A DNA stretch of 64,000 nucleotides from Macrostomum lignano (taxonomy: Eukaryota). The stretch is from contig NIVC01000947.1 of NCBI GenBank assembly GCA_002269645.1, positions 62,001 to 126,000 of the forward strand. Direction: 5' to 3'. Under the pieces are notes generated by a model. It was not told the DNA's origin, did no database searches, and was given only the letters and a program-made list of their open reading frames with translations. Positions 58,501 through 64,000 of this stretch are shown piece by piece. The translations under genes were made by a program, and so were the position numbers. The first letter of the stretch is position 1; each line of letters begins with the position of its first letter.

Positions 58501-61500
58501 TGTGGATTGTTGATTAGGGATTGTGGATTGTTGATTGAGGATTGTGGATTGTTGATTGAGGATTGTGGATTGTTGATTAGGGATTGTGGATTGTTGGTTG
58601 ATGATTGTGGATTGTTGATTGAGGATTGTGGATTGTTGGTTGCGACTTGTGGATTGTCGGTTGATGATTGTGCATTGTTGATTGATGAATGTGGATTGTT
58701 GATTAGGGATTGTGGATTGCTGATTGATGATTGTGGATTGTTGATTGAGGATTGTGGATTTTTGGTTGCGAATTATGGATTGTTGGTTGATGATTGTGGA
58801 TTGTTGATTGAGGATTGTGGATTATAAATTGAGTAGTATGGATTGTTATGGATTGTATGGATTGTTATGGATTGTATGGATTATTAAGGATTGTGGAGTT
58901 CTGATTCATGATTGTGGATTGTTGATTGAGAATTATGGAGTTTTGATTGATGATTGTGGATTGTGGATTGTTGATTGAGTATTATGGATTGTTGATTGAG
59001 GATTGTGGATTGTTGATTGCTGATTGTGGATTGTTAATTGAGTATTATGGATTGTTGATTGAGGATTGTGGATTGTTGATTGTTGATAGCTGATTGCTTA
59101 ATTTTGATTACGAATGGTGAATCGTTGATAGTGGATTGTTGCTTTTTGCTTCTAACTTGTTGAGTGTTGATTGTTGATTGTGGTCAACAATTATTTTATT
59201 AATGAGCTCAAACTCACCGTCAGACTCTGAGAAGAAGCTGGACTTGTCTCTTGCCTTTCTCGGATATCTCAGCAATTTTGGCGGCCTCTTAATCATCTCG
59301 ATACGCCTCAGATTGGCGGCGTGTCGTCGCTGAATGTCGGCCATGTCAGCGTCCCGCCGACGTCGCTTCTCAGCCTCAGCGGCCTGTCGCTCGGCCTCCG
59401 CCGCTCGGGCGAGCTGGAGCTCAGCCTCCAGCCTGCGAAGGCAGCGCTCCATCTTGAGCTCGCGCTGCCGACGGAACAAGTCCTCGGCGCCGCCCGCCGC
59501 AGGCTTGTAGGCGGCTTCGGCCTCTTCAAAACGACGTTTGCTCTCTTTGCTGGGCTCGGAGGCGCGATTCTGCGGGGCGGTGTACGCAGGCAACTCCGAC
59601 TCTGACAGGGTGTACACCGGCCCTGACTTTCTAATCGTAAGGCATGTACACTTTCTGTGCAGGGGGGTTGGCCCTTTATAGGTGTGAATCACGACAACAG
59701 AATCAAACCGGAACCCCACCTGGTTCAACCGAATGGCTCTCCGCCTCTCCAGCCTGGCGTCCTCAGCCGCCCATTGCCGCTCCATCGACCGTCGAGTCTC
59801 ATCGTCGGAATAGGCGGCCCGAATCTCTTCTCGCTTCTGCCGGGAGCTGGCGAAACTGCCGACTGGCTGCCGTTGCTGCTGCAGCTGCTTCTGGTCCTCA
59901 CTTGCCGTGTGCGGCGATTGATTGGACTTGCTGCGGTGCGACCTGCGAGCAGGTGCGAATTTGTTCCTCTTTATTACTATTCAATTGATTAAACAGTATT
60001 CGGCCTGCGTTGCATCCTTGATCACGGAAAGTGACACAACTCCGACACTTAAAGTGGCACAACTCCGACACTTAAAGTGGCACAACTCCGACACTCAAAG
60101 TGGCACAACTCCGACACTTAAAGTGACATAACTCCGACACTCAGAGTGGCACAACTCCGACACTCAAAGTGGCACAACTCCGACACTCAAAGTGACACAG
60201 CTCCGACACTCAAATTGGCACAACTCCGACACTCAAAGTGGCACAACTCAGACACTCAAAGTGGCACAACTCCGACACTCAAAGTGACACAGCTCCGACA
60301 CTCAAATTGGCACAACTCCGACACTCAAAGTGGCACAACTCCGACACTCAAAGTGGCACAACTCCGACACTCAAAGTGGCACAACTCCGACACTCAAAGT
60401 GGCACAACTCCGACACTTAAGTGACACAGCTCCGACACTCAAAGTGGCACAACTCCGACACTCAAAGTGGCACAACTCCGACACTCAAAGGGGCACCTCT
60501 TGAAACATTCAGGGACAAGAGAAATTTCTGTGGAACTTTTGCGTGTTTTTTATTTTCCGCAATAAAACTTTTTACGTTAGTTTCCCAGGATGCCTGCAGC
60601 TTAGAATACTTTAGCTGATATTCCTTACATGCATGAAGCGTACGGTAGCCCATAGCAACTAGTAGAGACCGGAGTTATTGAGAAAAAATATGCTTTGCCC
60701 CCCAATACCTCCCAGCAGACTGCCAGAGACAGACAAAACAGCCGCATCTTCACGGCCGATTGAGAAACCCAGGAATTTTCTCGTTTTTTTTCCACAGCTC
60801 CCCAGCTCCCGGCCTGCTGCACGTGCTTGGCTCCCACGCGGAGCTTCCATCAATTTTCCCTAACAAACGACAATGGAGTGCAGTCACCCGAATCCTCTAC
60901 TCTGCTCAGCATTTAGAATTCAAGGCGGTTATTTAAGGCTAAAGTGCTCTCCGTGGTGGGCGTGACCAGCTATACGAGTAGGAAAGACTTTTTTGTTTGC
61001 TCCGTCTTTACGTTTAAAAAGTTAACACCGGAAAATTCAGCTACGAGCGTATTTATTGTTCAAAACAAGCGCATTTCGTTTCTTCAGATCCATAAAATTT
61101 ATTTTTTAATTTAAATATTTTTGAATCAATTTTTTCCGCATATTTTCTGTTTGAAAGAGCAATTTAATTTTACCCTTTGTTAATTTTAAACGTCGTTCAA
61201 CAACACCGGCGATTATTATTTTAGGCGATTTTTACGGAGAATAGGCGATTTTTTACATTCTTTAATTTAACAAAAAAGTTTTTTTTAAAGTGAGCTTTTT
61301 TAATAAAAACACCCATCGTAGCTACATTTTAACAAATGCATTTTAAACATCGTTGCTTTTTTAAATTCACAAAAGAAGCGTTAAAAAATTGACAGAGCTA
61401 TTCAGCATCTGCTTTCGATGCGGGCAAATTAGCAAAATTGAGATGGAAAACCCATCCATGTTTTCGCTAACTGACAAACAGAATGAATGAATTGGGTTTT

Positions 61501-63345
61501 TTTAACTTGTTGACTACTATATGCATGACTATTCAGGGAGCCTAAAGGTAGCCATAGCTACAACTCCGTCTCAGTTGGGTATGAAAATACAACAATAAAA
61601 ATGCTGTATGAATAGCGAGTTGAGACAGCGCCCCTTACTGTACTACTTACTGGCTTTTAATTCTTCATTTAACTGACAGATGCGCGAGATTACAAGCCTA
61701 GCATACTTTTTTTACCTTTTTGTCGTTCATTTCAAACTATAAATATACCCTGCTCTGTATCCTTACGCTCGTATATTTAAAGCCTGCTATTCACCGATTC
61801 ACCTACATGTAAAATGTACAGATTCACCCACTTGTACATTTACAGATTCACCCACTTGTACTTTTACAGATTCACCAACTCAAACTGTACAGATTCACCA
61901 ACTCAAACTGTACAGATTCACCAACTCACACTGTACAGATTCACCAACTCACACTGTAAAGATTCACCCACTTGTACATTTACAGATTCACCCACTTGTA
62001 CTTTTACAGATTCACCAACTCAAACTGTACACAGATTCACCAACTCACACTGTACAGATTCACCAACTCACACTATACAGATTTACCAACTCACACTGTA
62101 CAGATTCACCAACTCACACTGTAAAGATTCACCCACTTGTACATTTACAGATTCACCCACTTGTACTTTTACAGATTCACCAACTCAAACTGTACACAGA
62201 TTCACCAACTCACACTGTACAGATTCACCAACTCACACTGTACAGATTCACCAACTCACACTGTACAGATTCACCAACTCACACTGTACAGATTCACCAA
62301 CTCACTATACAGATTCACCAACTCACACTGTACAGATTCACCAACTCACACTGTACAGATTCACCAACTCACACTGTACAGATTCACCAACTCACACTAT
62401 ACAGATTCACCAACTCACACTATACAGATTCACCAGCTCACACTATACAGATTCACCAGCTCACACTGTACAGATTCACCAACTCACACTGTACAGATTC
62501 ACCAACTCACACTGTACAGATTCACCAACTCACACTATACAGATTCACCAACTCACACTATACAGATTCACCAGCTCACACTATACAGATTCACCAACTC
62601 ACACTATACAGATTCACCAGCTCACGCTGTACAGATTCACCAACTCACACTATACAGATTCACCAACTCACACTATACAGATTCACCAACTCACACTATA
62701 CAGATTCACCAACTCACACTATACAGATTCACCAGCTCACGCTGTACAGATTCACCAACTCACACTATACAGATTCACCAACTCACACTATACAGATTCA
62801 CCAGCTCACGCTGTACAGATTCACCAACTCACACTGTACTGATTCACCAACTCACACTATACAGATTCACCAGCTCACGCTGTACAGATTCACCAACTCA
62901 CGCTGTACAGATTCACCAACTCACACTGTACTGATTCACCAACTTCACCAGGTGAAGCAGCAAACCCGCTCGCTCACCTGTCAGTCAGCACTGTCGCCTG
63001 TCGGGGAGACGCTCCATTTTTACTCAGCGGCGGCAGCAGCAGAGGAGACTCCTCGAACTTCTCTTTGCGCTTCTGTCGGCCCTGCTGACCCTTCGATTGT
63101 CGCACCGACTGCGGCAGCTCATCAGTCAGCTGAATGTCTTCAAAGTCATCCTCGTACTCCACCTGATGATGCGGTTGCTCCTCCTCGGCCAGCGCCGCCG
63201 CCAGGGCTTCATCGTCTGGGGCCACTTGAGACTTTCGTTTGGCCAGAATTCGGTCGGCCAAGCTGCTGCTGTTGTTGCCGCGGCCGCCGCCAACGCCTGC
63301 ACGGCTACCGGCCGAAGCTGCCGACTCCAGGATGTTTCTAGCTGT
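55527..63345 (-). CDS. Gene A: large (>=1278 aa) disordered/coiled-coil protein with ~78 SASPQKxxE-type repeats; 5'-incomplete. Exons: 63345-62978, 59942-59218, 58270-55527
   Basis: Exons join in phase (AG|gtgagc to ctcgcag|G; G|gtgagt to atccag|AC); 3837 nt total; AATAAA a few nt after the TGA. The first exon and start codon are unresolved. Confidence 0.75.
55760..57885 (-). repeat. Coding tandem repeat, 27/30/24-bp units (SASPQKTAE, SASPQKVNE, AEITSPQKTA)
   Basis: All unit lengths are multiples of 3; the frame stays open for 2.1 kb. Confidence 0.93.
58275..59095. repeat. 21-bp minisatellite (gattgtggattgttgattgag) filling the last intron of gene A
   Basis: Direct array abutting the acceptor at 58271. 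Confidence 0.92.
60030..60490. repeat. 23-bp minisatellite (gtggcacaactccgacactcaaa)
   Basis: About 20 units. Confidence 0.93.
61810..62940. repeat. 23-bp minisatellite (tacagattcaccaactcacactg)
   Basis: About 48 units, ending ~35 nt from the donor at 62977. Confidence 0.93.
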
Positions 63346-64000
63346 CTGTTGATCGGTCAGCAATCAGGATGGGGGGATGCCCTGGTCTCAAGTGGCGGCT
63401 TCAGTAGCTGTCATCCATTTGACCACTTCGGGACGTCGGCACTCGGCATGAAATAGCGGGGGCGAGCCAGCAGAAGAGATCCGTCATCAAATACAATGCC
63501 ATTCTCTTCTGTCTCTTCCTTCCCCTTCCCCTGTCCGGTCCAGAATCCCATGACTAAGCCGGTTTCTAAGGGCAACGGCAAGACTTCTGGGCCTTCCGCG
63601 CTTCCCACCCAGTTCTTCGTCTCCCCCACCTCTGTGTCTCTCCTGCTCTCTTTCTCTCTTGCTTCCTCGTTCGCTCACAAGGGACTGAGCATGTCGCAGC
63701 TTCTTTGCCAACCTCACTCCCCCGTACCAACTAAAAATTGAGCCGTGTCTCTCGTTTTGTACCTCCCAACAAGCAGCATCTTCTGCTTCTATTGCCGCGA
63801 TTGTTCATCTCTGAGGGGACCTGCGACTGTTGCGTACCTTCCCGCCAAGGAAAAAATACAGGTCGAAAAGACTTCAAAAGACTTCAAAAGACAGCTACTG
63901 GATGAGAGAATAGATTCTCTTATCTATGGATTCCCTGCCTAGAGTTGTATCCTATGGTAACCGGCCTCTTCTACCGATAGGGTCTCTTCTTCAATTCATT

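Noticed and set aside
56322-58827. 613-aa and 296-aa + strand ORFs and alternative minus frames
   Set aside because: Antisense or shifted shadows of the SPQK coding repeat and the adjacent intronic repeat.
61814-62934. 342-aa and 265-aa ORFs
   Set aside because: 23-bp repeat (not a multiple of 3) in an intron of gene A, on the opposite strand.
63411-63717. ORFs as the first exon of gene A
   Set aside because: No convincing in-phase donor to the acceptor at 63346; left unresolved.

Overview
Animal (eukaryotic) genomic DNA with GC-rich exons and introns packed with minisatellites. The architecture resembles a flatworm such as Macrostomum, but that is inference only. From left to right: (1) the 3' half of a Ty3/Gypsy LTR retrotransposon (+), with its integrase split at the catalytic Glu codon by a 297-bp DNA-transposon MITE, an extra ~305-aa ORF after pol, a PPT and a putative 3' LTR; (2) a 7-coding-exon, 7-cadherin-repeat protocadherin (-, 31496->11882, ~1113 aa); (3) a complete 5-exon phosphoglycerate kinase gene (-, 49510->45141, 417 aa) with a solo LTR in intron 2; (4) a 2-exon orphan gene (-, 54604->52742); (5) a large, 5'-incomplete gene (-, >=63345->55527) whose last exon encodes about 70 tandem S/T-P-x-K motifs. 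Several hAT-like MITEs and more than 30 distinct tandem-repeat arrays fill the rest. Most long ORFs in the track are artefacts of these repeats. I found no supportable rRNA, tRNA or CRISPR array. Exon models were built by hand from GT-AG sites and phase continuity, without transcript data.
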